This document shows positions 38,154 to 46,641 of a DNA stretch of 64,000 nucleotides, one piece after another (the first letter of the stretch is position 1; the number at the start of each line of letters is the position of its first letter). The notes beneath the pieces were generated by a model. That model worked only from the letters and a program-made list of their open reading frames with translations, ran no database searches and was not told where the DNA came from. The position numbers and the translations under genes are program-made. This DNA comes from a virus (taxonomy: Duplodnaviria > Caudoviricetes). The DNA lies in IMG/VR virus record IMGVR_UViG_3300033066_001396, positions 1 to 64,000 of that record; one strand, written 5' to 3'.

Positions 38154-38309
38154 ATTTAAAAAATCTTGGTGATATCTGTTTCAATACCACCAAGTCATGA
38201 CCAAATTTAATGCTTAAAATTTAATACTTACAGGTACAAATATAATAAAAAAAGGTATGACGAACTCGCCATACCCATCCAAAAATTACTAATCACAAAA
38301 AAATGTCTT

Positions 38310-38335
38310 AAAAAAGGCGGCATTGCACCGCCTTT
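38310..38335 (-). terminator. Rho-independent terminator after 38368..39042
   Basis: Minus strand AAAGGCGG-TGCAATG-CCGCCTTTTTT; second hairpin at 38336-38354. Confidence 0.75.
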
Positions 38336-38367
38336 CGGGGATCGTTATCCCCCGCCAGTAGTAGGTT

Positions 38368-39042
38368 TTATTTTTGAGGCGAAGTAATGACTATACCTGC
38401 CCTGAATTGACTTTGAACTGACTTGGTAAAAGGAGTGTTGTATTCGGCTAATAGCCCTAGTGCGCCAGAGATAGGTACAATCAATGTACTTTCAAGCGCC
38501 GCAAAGTTCTTCATATCCAGGTTATGCATAACATAAACCGGCGTAAAGCTCAGCGTAACCGGATAACCGCTTTCAACAACTTTCTTGGCAAAATCTATCC
38601 CAGCAAAGATCTTTGTCTCCTGGGGAGTAAAGCTTGTTGCTCCTGGTAATAGTTTATAAGCCAGACCGCCATGTAATACTGTTTCTATTGCCCCGCTACC
38701 AATGACCTTATAAGGGTACACACCTATGGAAATTCCTTTATCTCCATTCAAAAATCCTCCAAGGCCTTGTCCGAAATCGATATTAACATTGCTCACAATA
38801 GGCAGCTTTAACCCGCCAACAGAGACATCATAGATAATCTTTCCGGACAATAAAATATTATCCTTTAATCCGTCTGTGTGGTCATTGAAGGCTGTGGTAA
38901 GTGTCGATCCAAGCCACAGGCTGTGGACAGATACGCTTTTGACCAGTTCCGGTCGCTCCCTGTTAAAAATAGCATATGGCGCCTGGGCAAAGGTCGTTGC
39001 CAGCACCAATAACATAGGTATTAGTAAACTTAATCTTTTCAT
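38368..39042 (-). CDS. Exported protein, probable outer-membrane beta-barrel
   Basis: Sec signal ending TFAQ; alternating amphipathic beta-strands; own promoter TACCTTTG (39067-39074) and terminator. Confidence 0.55.
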   Translation of the reverse strand: MKRLSLLIPMLLVLATTFAQAPYAIFNRERPELVKSVSVHSLWLGSTLTTAFNDHTDGLKDNILLSGKIIYDVSVGGLKLPIVSNVNIDFGQGLGGFLNGDKGISIGVYPYKVIGSGAIETVLHGGLAYKLLPGATSFTPQETKIFAGIDFAKKVVESGYPVTLSFTPVYVMHNLDMKNFAALESTLIVPISGALGLLAEYNTPFTKSVQSQFRAGIVITSPQK

Positions 39043-39769
39043 GTTGTTTTGATTTATTTAAAGGGGCAAAGGTATGAATTTGGCACAATTTCCCCAAAAC
39101 TTTAATGTATGTGTTTAAAGTTGATTTTTTAGTATTAAAGTTATTTGTTATTCCAAGTTCCAATTTTGAGGTAATCTTCTTTTTTATTTTAGGCTATACC
39201 CTCAACTTTATTAATGTGGACAACCCCTAAACAACCCTAATCCGCGACGGCAATCATTTGTTTGTGCCAGGCTGCTGATGTTATGCTCAGGCTCATAGAA
39301 AGCCCATAAACGCCGTTTTGCATTTTGGGTGGAATGTTTTTGCAGATAGTATGGCTTATAACGTCTTGCTTCGCGCCTGAACCTCAAGGAAGATTTTCTT
39401 TTAACCACTGACGGCAATTTGCCGAATCCCGGGATAACCTTCAATAAGCCAATACCTAAATGCTCGGAGGAACCTCACTGCTATACCGCAGGTTTACAAA
39501 ACCTCCACCGAGATACAGCCTGTACCCTTTCTAATGTAGTGCTGCACCTGGGTTTGTGATACTAAATAGGAAGGCAAAAAATGCTCGATCCGATTAGTTT
39601 TGTTTCTGAGGCACACCGATGGATCGAGCTGATATCATACCCGGGGAAGGTATAAATTTAAGTCTTTCTACGATGTGTCTCAGAAATTATCACGAAGCAA
39701 ATGTATTAATAAAAACAGAATTTCAAAATTAAATAAAAAAAATATTTTTTCAACTTCACAATAAGTTTG

Positions 39770-39777
39770 TATATTTG
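39770..39777 (+). promoter_or_regulatory. -7 element TATATTTG driving the rightward gene block
   Basis: In the AT-rich divergent intergenic region, 34 nt before ATG 39812. Confidence 0.65.
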
Positions 39778-39811
39778 TCTCCATAGATATTGACAAAAAC
39801 CCTGTATATGT

Positions 39812-40102
39812 ATGGCAACAAAAGACCAGTATTATCGACCAATAAATATGGTAAAAGAATCTAAACAACACATGGCCCAGGAGCAAAGCACTAAGGACAT
39901 GGCTATATCTGTAATAAGCCGGGTCAAAGATGATTTGATCAAAATAGACCAGGCCTCCTTTCAGCTAGAATATATCGAAAGAATAGAGGTCTTTCTGAGC
40001 TGCGCCAAGTCTATTTGCAAGCCGGAAGTAATTACCGAAGAGGAAAAGAAATCAATTTTAAAAATATTAAATATAGATAATGGTAAGAAAGGCAATAATT
40101 AA
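39812..40102 (+). CDS. Hypothetical protein
   Basis: First gene of the plus-strand block. Confidence 0.65.
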   Translation: MATKDQYYRPINMVKESKQHMAQEQSTKDMAISVISRVKDDLIKIDQASFQLEYIERIEVFLSCAKSICKPEVITEEEKKSILKILNIDNGKKGNN

Positions 40103-40298
40103 AAAGCTACGTAAAGACGTTGACGGAATATATTCGTCCTATTTACAAACCAACGGTAGTTGGTCAGGAAGGGATCACTGGATTCTAATTTATCCTATGC
40201 AGTTTTTTGGTGATACCGTACAGGCCTTGGAACACCTTGAAAAGATTAGCGAGCCGGGAGAGGTGTATGTAATAGAATTCGCATTTGTAAAAGAGTGA
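40080..40298 (+). CDS. Hypothetical protein
   Basis: Packed in the operon. Confidence 0.6.
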   Translation: MVRKAIIKKLRKDVDGIYSSYLQTNGSWSGRDHWILIYPMQFFGDTVQALEHLEKISEPGEVYVIEFAFVKE

Positions 40299-40307
40299 TC
40301 CTGCCTA

Positions 40308-40718
40308 ATGGTTAAAATGATTGTCACCGGGTCCAGGGATTTTAATTACCTGTCCTACATGTTTAAGGTATTGGACGGTATACTTATGAAGTATAAAAAA
40401 GACATCAGCATAATTTCTGCCGGGCGAAGGGGCGCCGAAACTAGGGGAGAGTGTTATGCCAGAGCCAACAGGTATTCATTGATAAAGATCCGTCCGGACT
40501 TCAAAACACTTGGGTTAGACGCACTATTGGTGGCGAACAGGGAGATGATTGATATAGCCACACACTGCATATGTTTTATCAATAAGCACGACCCGGAGAT
40601 GGAGTTGCTTTTGAAGATGTGTGAAGAAAAAAAGATAAAGACCAAGCGCGTTTTTTACGACAAAATAGTTGACTGGATAGACGTGGATAACCTGCAATTT
40701 ACCTATGATGAAATCTAA
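40308..40718 (+). CDS. SLOG/YspA-like (DUF2493) nucleotide-binding protein
   Basis: KMIVTGSRDF, IISAG.RGAE..GE.YA, NREM.D.A. Confidence 0.75.
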   Translation: MVKMIVTGSRDFNYLSYMFKVLDGILMKYKKDISIISAGRRGAETRGECYARANRYSLIKIRPDFKTLGLDALLVANREMIDIATHCICFINKHDPEMELLLKMCEEKKIKTKRVFYDKIVDWIDVDNLQFTYDEI

Positions 40719-40926
40719 TGTCCTTACTGACGAACAAAAACTAGAGGCCATCATGGTTGTTCAGTCATTAAAGCTGTTAAAGATAACCAGGGCCAGGCAT
40801 AAGGTTTTTGAAGAACTTTCTAACGAAAGCAATTATTATAATAGACTTAGGTTAGAAAAGGAGTTGGCGCTACTGGACGACGACAGAGACAAGGCCGCAG
40901 ACCTGCTTACTCTTACATTTGATTAA
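40705..40926 (+). CDS. Hypothetical protein
   Basis: Packed in the operon. Confidence 0.55.
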   Translation: MMKSNVLTDEQKLEAIMVVQSLKLLKITRARHKVFEELSNESNYYNRLRLEKELALLDDDRDKAADLLTLTFD

Positions 40927-40948
40927 TAGTTTATTAAAATAAATTAAT

Positions 40949-41227
40949 ATGCCAGAAGAATATGGTTTTATAGCCCTTAGTAAAAATAACTGGAAGGGTA
41001 TTTCGTCTAATGAAAACATCAATACAGGCTGCCTACAAAGAATAGCCGCCGCCACAGAAATTATGGCAAGCAACTATCAAAGAATGGAAGCTGAGCGTGA
41101 CATGTATAAACGTTGGTATTATGACAGCCAGGAAAGGCATAAGGTCTTAAATAGAAAAGTAATCGCCTATCGGGGAGTAATTACTAAGCTTAAAAATATG
41201 TTGGTAGATGCTAAAGCAAAAAAATGA
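40949..41227 (+). CDS. Hypothetical phage protein
   Basis: GCLQRIAAATEIMA..Y; GVITKLK. Confidence 0.65.
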   Translation: MPEEYGFIALSKNNWKGISSNENINTGCLQRIAAATEIMASNYQRMEAERDMYKRWYYDSQERHKVLNRKVIAYRGVITKLKNMLVDAKAKK

Positions 41228-41288
41228 ACACCAACGATATCACCATAAGTATTAACATCAATGCCGTCCGGTCTTCTTCCTTGATCAT
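41211..41288 (-). CDS. 25-aa hydrophobic peptide MIKEEDRTALMLILMVISLVFIFLL (not in ORF track)
   Basis: Own TATATTTG at 41312-41319; single TM; TAG stop; fills an otherwise empty gap. Confidence 0.5.
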   Translation of the reverse strand: MIKEEDRTALMLILMVISLVFIFLL

Positions 41289-41325
41289 AAGATTAAAATA
41301 ATTTGTCAATGCAAATATATAAAAA

Positions 41326-41586
41326 ATGAGTGAAAATAAAATTTATCGAATAATGGCTGACGGAGCATATGTGGAGTTGACTCCCGGCAAACACGTACAT
41401 TCTGGATGTGGTTTTTTGGTTGAAAAGGTTGATAATAAAAATGGCAAGGTTGAAGTGTTTTCCGCCACTTACACTAACAGCCATGTTCAATATTCTGAAT
41501 CTACAGACAGAAAAACCTATGAGAAGAAAAAAAGGGAGATGCTAAAATTTATAAACAAACTTATTATGAGCAAATGTGCCCAGTAA
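41326..41586 (+). CDS. Hypothetical protein
   Basis: AT-rich leader, co-oriented. Confidence 0.6.
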   Translation: MSENKIYRIMADGAYVELTPGKHVHSGCGFLVEKVDNKNGKVEVFSATYTNSHVQYSESTDRKTYEKKKREMLKFINKLIMSKCAQ

Positions 41587-41990
41587 ATAAAAAGCTATAC
41601 CCGGAAAACTGGGATTCTGAGCTGCGGCCAAGGGTGTTAGAGCGTGCCGGAAACTGTTGTGAGACATGCAAGGTTCCTAACTACCAAGTTGTATTTAGAG
41701 GCGTTATGGATGGTGTAGAGGTCTACCAGTATGCAACCGGTGAAATTTTTAACTCAGAGACCGGAGAATATATTGCCACGGATTTTTATGCAGACATAGT
41801 TCCGCTTTCCGGAGATCCCAACCAGGTTGCTATAAAAATTATTCTTACCATAAGCCACCAAAACCATGATGTCTCAGACAATAGAATGGAGAACTTAAAG
41901 GCACTTTGCCAACTTCACCATAACAGGCACGATGCTCAATACAGAGCCAACAACAGAAAGAGACGGCGGTGGCAGTTGGAAATGTTTTAA
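41574..41990 (+). CDS. HNH-family nuclease-like protein
   Basis: YPENW..LR..VLERAGNCCETC...LTISHQNHD..DNR.ENLKALCQLHHNRHD. Confidence 0.75.
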   Translation: MCPVNKKLYPENWDSELRPRVLERAGNCCETCKVPNYQVVFRGVMDGVEVYQYATGEIFNSETGEYIATDFYADIVPLSGDPNQVAIKIILTISHQNHDVSDNRMENLKALCQLHHNRHDAQYRANNRKRRRWQLEMF

Positions 41991-41997
41991 TTTAATT

Positions 41998-42005
41998 TAT
42001 ATTTG
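41998..42005 (+). promoter_or_regulatory. -7 element TATATTTG immediately upstream of tRNA-Met
   Basis: 3 nt before tRNA position 1. Confidence 0.6.
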
Positions 42006-42008
42006 TAT

Positions 42009-42084
42009 TGCGGAATGGAGAAGTTGGTATCTCGTAGGGCTCATACCTCTAAGATCGGTGGTTCAAGTCCATCTTCCGCTACCA
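42009..42084 (+). tRNA. tRNA-Met(CAT), initiator (fMet) type
   Basis: Cloverleaf: acceptor TGCGGAA/TTCCGCT with 1:72 mismatch, A11:U24, anticodon arm TAGGG-CTCATAC-CTCTA, TTCAAGT loop, encoded ACCA. Confidence 0.92.
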
Positions 42085-42118
42085 TCATATTCATTTAAGG
42101 TTTTTTAGAATTTAGTTT

Positions 42119-42144
42119 GGGAGCTTGAAAAAGCTCCCTTTTTT
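42119..42144 (+). terminator. Rho-independent terminator after tRNA-Met
   Basis: GGGAGCTT-GAAA-AAGCTCCC-TTTTTT. Confidence 0.85.
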
Positions 42145-42290
42145 AAGCGTTTTTTTAATCATTTTTAAATATTTATCTTTATGCGATTAGCGGCAATTGA
42201 GTAGCTGCTAATCGCTTATGTGATAGCAGCATTTCTCCTTTCGTTTACCGGGGTTCCTATAATTTATTTTTACCCCAAAAATTAGAAAGC

Positions 42291-42319
42291 AAAAGGGACC
42301 TTTACCGGGTCCCTTTTTT
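42291..42319. terminator. Bidirectional terminator-like hairpin
   Basis: AAAAGGGACC-TTTACCG-GGTCCCTTTTTT. Confidence 0.7.
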
Positions 42320-42386
42320 ATTTCATATTTCAAAAATATATCTATATACACTTGTATTATATATACAAAGCTGTTATATTTGCATC

Positions 42387-42683
42387 ATGGAAGAGCAAAT
42401 AGTGGACATAAAAAGCGCAAGACGAGCCGTGCTTGTGTTGAGGGCTGTAAATCACAAGCTTAGGGGGCGCATTTTGCCTTTATTGCACGACAGGGATTTT
42501 ATGTCAGTCACAGATATATATATAGCTTTAAGGATAGAGCAGTCTGTGGCTTCGCAGCATTTGGGTATATTATTACGAGCAAGGCTTATCACAAGTCAAA
42601 GGAGTGGCAAGTTTGTATACTACTCGATCGACAAAAAAAGGCTGGCAGAAGTTGAGTCACTTATTAATAAGATGCAAGGATGA
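42387..42683 (+). CDS. ArsR/SmtB-family transcriptional regulator
   Basis: LRAVNHKLR..IL, SVTDIY..LRIEQSVASQHLGIL, RSGKFVYYSI; TATATTTG 4 nt upstream (42375-42382). Confidence 0.9.
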   Translation: MEEQIVDIKSARRAVLVLRAVNHKLRGRILPLLHDRDFMSVTDIYIALRIEQSVASQHLGILLRARLITSQRSGKFVYYSIDKKRLAEVESLINKMQG

Positions 42684-43678
42684 TTTGTATTACACACGGA
42701 AGAGATTTAGATGGTTGGGCCAGCGGAGCTATTGTCAAGCATAAATATCCTCAATGCAAGATTATTGAATGGGACTATGGGCAGCCTATTCCCTGGGAAA
42801 GCATTCCTTTTGGGGAACATGTTTTTATGACCGACATAAGTTTTCCAATGGAGGATATGCAACATTTGTCAGGGAGATGCGGGCTTACGTGGATTGATCA
42901 CCATATTTCCGCTATAAATCAATACAACCTATATCATAATTTTTCCTGCAGGGCCTTGCTGGATACCACCATTTCTGCCTGTGAAGCTACATGGAAGCAT
43001 TTATTTCCCGACAAGGGTGTCCCGGTTGCCATACAGTTGCTTGGAGAATACGATACATGGCGATATTCCGATACTCCTCGCTGGGAAGAAATAATATTGC
43101 CGTTTCAGTATGGAATGAGACTTCGGTGTAGTTCGGTTGACACATTTGATTCTTTTCTATTTAACGACGCACCCTTAAACAGATTATTAACATCGGATGA
43201 CGAGATATCATTAATAATAGAAGAAGGCAAAACCGTAATAAAATATCAAAGACAAATCGACCAAGTTCAATGTAAAAAGGCCTGGGTAACACAGTTTTTT
43301 GGTTTTAGGGCATTGGTAATGAATGGAAGCCAATTTAGTTCCCTTTCCTTTAAATCGGTATATGATGAAAGCCTTCATGACATTATGATGGTGTTTCAAT
43401 ATAATGGCGCCATTGATAAGTGGGTTTTTAGTATATATACCACCAATGACATTGACTGCTCGGCAATAGCTAAAGCAATGGGTGGAGGAGGGCACGCAAA
43501 GGCCGCAGGTTTTGAACTAGATAATGCTTCCTTTGTTAGTTTGGATGTTTTTCATCGACAGGAGACATCCATATCCAGAGAACAGTTTATAAAAAAGTGG
43601 GGAAACTGTAGCGATAACGACTACGGTGGGGAAGAAGATTTTATTAAGGATCTTGACCTATTAATTAAAAGTAAATGA
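42680..43678 (+). CDS. DHH/DHHA1 phosphoesterase
   Basis: H..DLDG..SG, MTDISF, WIDHH, GGGGHAKAAGF. Confidence 0.9.
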   Translation: MICITHGRDLDGWASGAIVKHKYPQCKIIEWDYGQPIPWESIPFGEHVFMTDISFPMEDMQHLSGRCGLTWIDHHISAINQYNLYHNFSCRALLDTTISACEATWKHLFPDKGVPVAIQLLGEYDTWRYSDTPRWEEIILPFQYGMRLRCSSVDTFDSFLFNDAPLNRLLTSDDEISLIIEEGKTVIKYQRQIDQVQCKKAWVTQFFGFRALVMNGSQFSSLSFKSVYDESLHDIMMVFQYNGAIDKWVFSIYTTNDIDCSAIAKAMGGGGHAKAAGFELDNASFVSLDVFHRQETSISREQFIKKWGNCSDNDYGGEEDFIKDLDLLIKSK

Positions 43679-43902
43679 GTCTTGTTTCTGTACTAATTAA
43701 ACAGTTTAAGGATTTATTCAAGCGCAAAGAGCCTGTGCCGGGAAGCAAGCGCTGGTGTCGGAAAACGAAGAGGATGCTTAAAAAAAAGTATCCCAGGGGA
43801 ACAGACATGAGGGGATTGAAAATATATTATGACTATTACTTTATGTTTCAGAAAACAAAAGAGGATAGGTTGGCTGAAATCTATAAAAACAAAACAATAT
43901 GA
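43675..43902 (+). CDS. Hypothetical basic protein
   Basis: ATGA coupling on both sides. Confidence 0.6.
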   Translation: MSLVSVLIKQFKDLFKRKEPVPGSKRWCRKTKRMLKKKYPRGTDMRGLKIYYDYYFMFQKTKEDRLAEIYKNKTI

Positions 43903-44480
43903 TTGCTGATAAGGAAATAAAGTCATTGGGGTGGATACCACTGGTTTCTCACGGAGAAATCGTCAAAATGTATGTAATTGGATCTTTTGTTTTGGTAGCT
44001 ACAAAACAACATGTGGTTATTACGCAGAACGACAAAGGGAATCCATCTACAGTGTATAAGAGCGATGATGCTGACTGTTTTAGGATTAAGATAGTAATGC
44101 GGCATTTAAAAATACCAATTAATGGATCTTTAGACCCAATAGTGACGGCAACGGATACGCCAAGACAAGGAGAACCACTTGCTGAGACTCCAATAAAACC
44201 AACTGATGAGGTAAGGCCAAAACATGTATTTGATCGGTTTAGGGGAACTTATATAAAAGACCTGGGCCATATGGTTTTGGAGTGCAAAATATCTCTGTAT
44301 AGTTTAGTGGATCCAAAATTGTCACTTGAAATATCTTCCTACAGGGTAGGGGAAAAGGGAATTGTTATAGATAATAATGGCTGTCCAAAAGAAACATATT
44401 CTAACATTTCTTTTGTCATAGGCGTAGACCAGGCGGTGGAGGCATATTTTTTGGCTTTCCAAAAAACTCACTTGCTATGA
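43899..44480 (+). CDS. Hypothetical protein
   Basis: ATGA coupling. Confidence 0.65.
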   Translation: MIADKEIKSLGWIPLVSHGEIVKMYVIGSFVLVATKQHVVITQNDKGNPSTVYKSDDADCFRIKIVMRHLKIPINGSLDPIVTATDTPRQGEPLAETPIKPTDEVRPKHVFDRFRGTYIKDLGHMVLECKISLYSLVDPKLSLEISSYRVGEKGIVIDNNGCPKETYSNISFVIGVDQAVEAYFLAFQKTHLL

Positions 44481-45232
44481 AAGTAGTAATAGAATGTCTT
44501 GATGGAGGTGAAATAGTATCAGACTATTGCTTTAAGGGGTGTCTCGGTGCAAGAAATGCTGGACATGATGTGATATTGATGCCTTTGTCGCAATTATCGA
44601 TGGTTAAAGACAGATCTTTTTTAAAGGATGTAATGCCTATTGGATCTATAATGTATATGACTTGGTTTTTTAATTACGTTCATAACATGGAGGTTCCGGC
44701 GCCCTTAAAAGTTCATAAGGTCCCTGGCTTGTTTGATCTGAATTGGGCGGAAGTAGAGACTAAGGATAAAATACGATATCCATCGTTTGTCAAGCCGCTG
44801 AATGACATAAAAAAGTTCGCTGGTTTTGTAGCTAAGTCAATCGAAGATTTTGACTTATATCCTGAATTAAATGGCTGGGATGGACCATATTTCTGCTGTG
44901 AACCTAGGCGTTGTAATATTGATTCAGAGTGGAGAATATTTTATCACAGAGGAAAGATTGTAAACGTAAGTCATTATCGTGGAGATCCTATTGTTCTTCC
45001 AAATGATTTGTGGGGATCTGCCGGTGCCTTTACCAGGGATATTAATGATAACATAGAATCTTTGCCATTGGCCTTTACGGTTGACGTAGGCGTCGATATG
45101 GAGCAGGAATATACCTTTCCAATTGAGCTTAATGATATGTGGGCTATTGGTCCGTATGGATGTCCAGAGGACGTTTATTTTAAAATGCTTAAAGATCGTT
45201 GGTTTGAAATTTTAAAAGGAGATAAGATATGA
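44477..45232 (+). CDS. ATP-grasp protein (DUF4343/R2K-like)
   Basis: PIGSI, FVKP...KKFAGFV, SEWRIF, FTVDVG, IELND.WAIGPYG. Confidence 0.8.
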   Translation: MKVVIECLDGGEIVSDYCFKGCLGARNAGHDVILMPLSQLSMVKDRSFLKDVMPIGSIMYMTWFFNYVHNMEVPAPLKVHKVPGLFDLNWAEVETKDKIRYPSFVKPLNDIKKFAGFVAKSIEDFDLYPELNGWDGPYFCCEPRRCNIDSEWRIFYHRGKIVNVSHYRGDPIVLPNDLWGSAGAFTRDINDNIESLPLAFTVDVGVDMEQEYTFPIELNDMWAIGPYGCPEDVYFKMLKDRWFEILKGDKI

Positions 45233-45606
45233 CGATATACTTGGATTTTGACGGAACAGTAGTTCATCATGCTTATCCTAAAATAGGTAAGTATAATGAA
45301 GGGTGCCAGGAGGTTCTTAATAAGCTTCAGATGGCCGGTCACAACATTATACTAAACACACGCCGGGTGGAATTTAATGACGGATCGCTGGAGGCGGCAC
45401 TCGTATACTTGACCGAACTAAATCTTCAACGGCCCATCGTTGAGTTCTCCAAGACAAAAATTGATCCTGGGTTCTGGAAGCGCATGAAGGATGAAAACAT
45501 TTTGTTTATCGATGATGAGTGTATAGGAATTCCCGTAATAACCAATCCGTTCCGGGTTGACTGGCATGAGATTGACAAACAACTTACACAAGAAAAAATC
45601 ATTTAA
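45229..45606 (+). CDS. HAD-superfamily phosphatase
   Basis: IYLDFDGTVV.H.YP.IG, IILNTRR, FIDD. Confidence 0.85.
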   Translation: MTIYLDFDGTVVHHAYPKIGKYNEGCQEVLNKLQMAGHNIILNTRRVEFNDGSLEAALVYLTELNLQRPIVEFSKTKIDPGFWKRMKDENILFIDDECIGIPVITNPFRVDWHEIDKQLTQEKII

Positions 45607-45616
45607 GAAAACTACC

Positions 45617-46282
45617 ATGATATCAACAATCCTACTTCCGTTATTTCTCTTTTTCAAGGAGTTCCGCCAACCGGAAGGTAACACGTTCGTTAATTACCGG
45701 GTTGAGACCGGAGACATGTTTTACGATTCAGGAGGGAAAGACGGAAACTACCTCAACTGCGATGCCCCTGGCGACCGATGTTTGTCTACGGCCCACATTT
45801 GCGGAGCGGGAGTTGTCAGCATAGTGATAAATAAGCTTAGCATATTCCCGTCAATTGGCGGAGACAACCTGATCATATACTCTGGGCTGGAAGAACTTTA
45901 CAACAATCTAAAAGATGCTTCGCCGGTGGGGAAAACCATTACAAGCCGTGCGCCGGACGGATGCCTTACTATTACTTTTATGGCTACTTCATTAAATAAC
46001 AGTTATGGGTGGGAGGCCACGTTTTTGGTTACCACGCCTACGGTAATACAGACAGAGCCGTGCCGGTATACATGCAGGGCCAATGCAGAAGTGTCTCTAC
46101 CCATAACCTACCAGGATCTTGTCATGAACCCAACCCCTGGCTGTAACTATGATCTGACCTTTCTTGACGTAGCCGGAAACATGGTCGATCAGAGAAGCTT
46201 AAAGCCAGGGCAGACATTCACCTATAAAGCCGGAGATACCAACGTTAATTATTGCTGGGGACACGTAAAAATCAAACCATAA
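45617..46282 (+). CDS. Exported protein with CUB-like domain
   Basis: Likely start MISTILL at 45617; FYDSGG..GNY, DNLIIYSG, GCLTITF, GWEA. Confidence 0.6.
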   Translation: MISTILLPLFLFFKEFRQPEGNTFVNYRVETGDMFYDSGGKDGNYLNCDAPGDRCLSTAHICGAGVVSIVINKLSIFPSIGGDNLIIYSGLEELYNNLKDASPVGKTITSRAPDGCLTITFMATSLNNSYGWEATFLVTTPTVIQTEPCRYTCRANAEVSLPITYQDLVMNPTPGCNYDLTFLDVAGNMVDQRSLKPGQTFTYKAGDTNVNYCWGHVKIKP

Positions 46283-46285
46283 TAT

Positions 46286-46597
46286 ATGAAAGTATTATTA
46301 GAAGGCCACCGCTACATAGCGGCCAATTTTGAAAACCCAGACCATGGTCAGGTTATTCAGTTCATACACAAAGAGCCCATAGTTGCAGGGCAACCGGAAT
46401 TAGAAACCCTGAGTGATGGTACTACCAATGAAGAATTGTTGGCTGTGCTTATCGACAGGATCCAGTATCTTAATAAAAAATTCCCAAGCAGGGAAAATAG
46501 CATTGTGATCACAAAGCTCGAGGAGAGCCTTATGTGGTTGAATAAGAGGACTGCAGATCGTAAGAGTAGAAATGTTGAAGGCAAGGCAATGGTGTAG
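46286..46597 (+). CDS. tad1: Tad1-family anti-Thoeris cyclic-nucleotide sponge
   Basis: GHRY..IQF..GTTNEELL.VLIDR....FPSRENSIVITKLEESLMWLNKRTADR..RNVEG matches the Tad1 pattern HEY..IKFQ..G...DLL.IVRDR...F..RENA.ALT.VEEALMW..RR..DR..RNV.G. Confidence 0.82.
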   Translation: MKVLLEGHRYIAANFENPDHGQVIQFIHKEPIVAGQPELETLSDGTTNEELLAVLIDRIQYLNKKFPSRENSIVITKLEESLMWLNKRTADRKSRNVEGKAMV

Positions 46598-46600
46598 ACG

Positions 46601-46629
46601 AAGGCCGCGCTCCCTCAGCGGCCTTTTTT
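46601..46629 (+). terminator. Rho-independent terminator after tad1
   Basis: AAGGCCGC-GCTCCCTCA-GCGGCCTT-TTTT. Confidence 0.75.
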
Positions 46630-46641
46630 AAACTTTGAAAC

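Noticed and set aside
1263-39042. Genome-wide TAG reassignment (code 15)
   Set aside because: Late genes are long and uninterrupted under code 11, and most TAG stops are followed shortly by another stop (e.g. TAG-TGA at 22317).
39211-39886. ORFs 39211..39444 and 39680..39886
   Set aside because: Weak starts, no recognisable motifs, and overlap with promoter or structured non-coding sequence.
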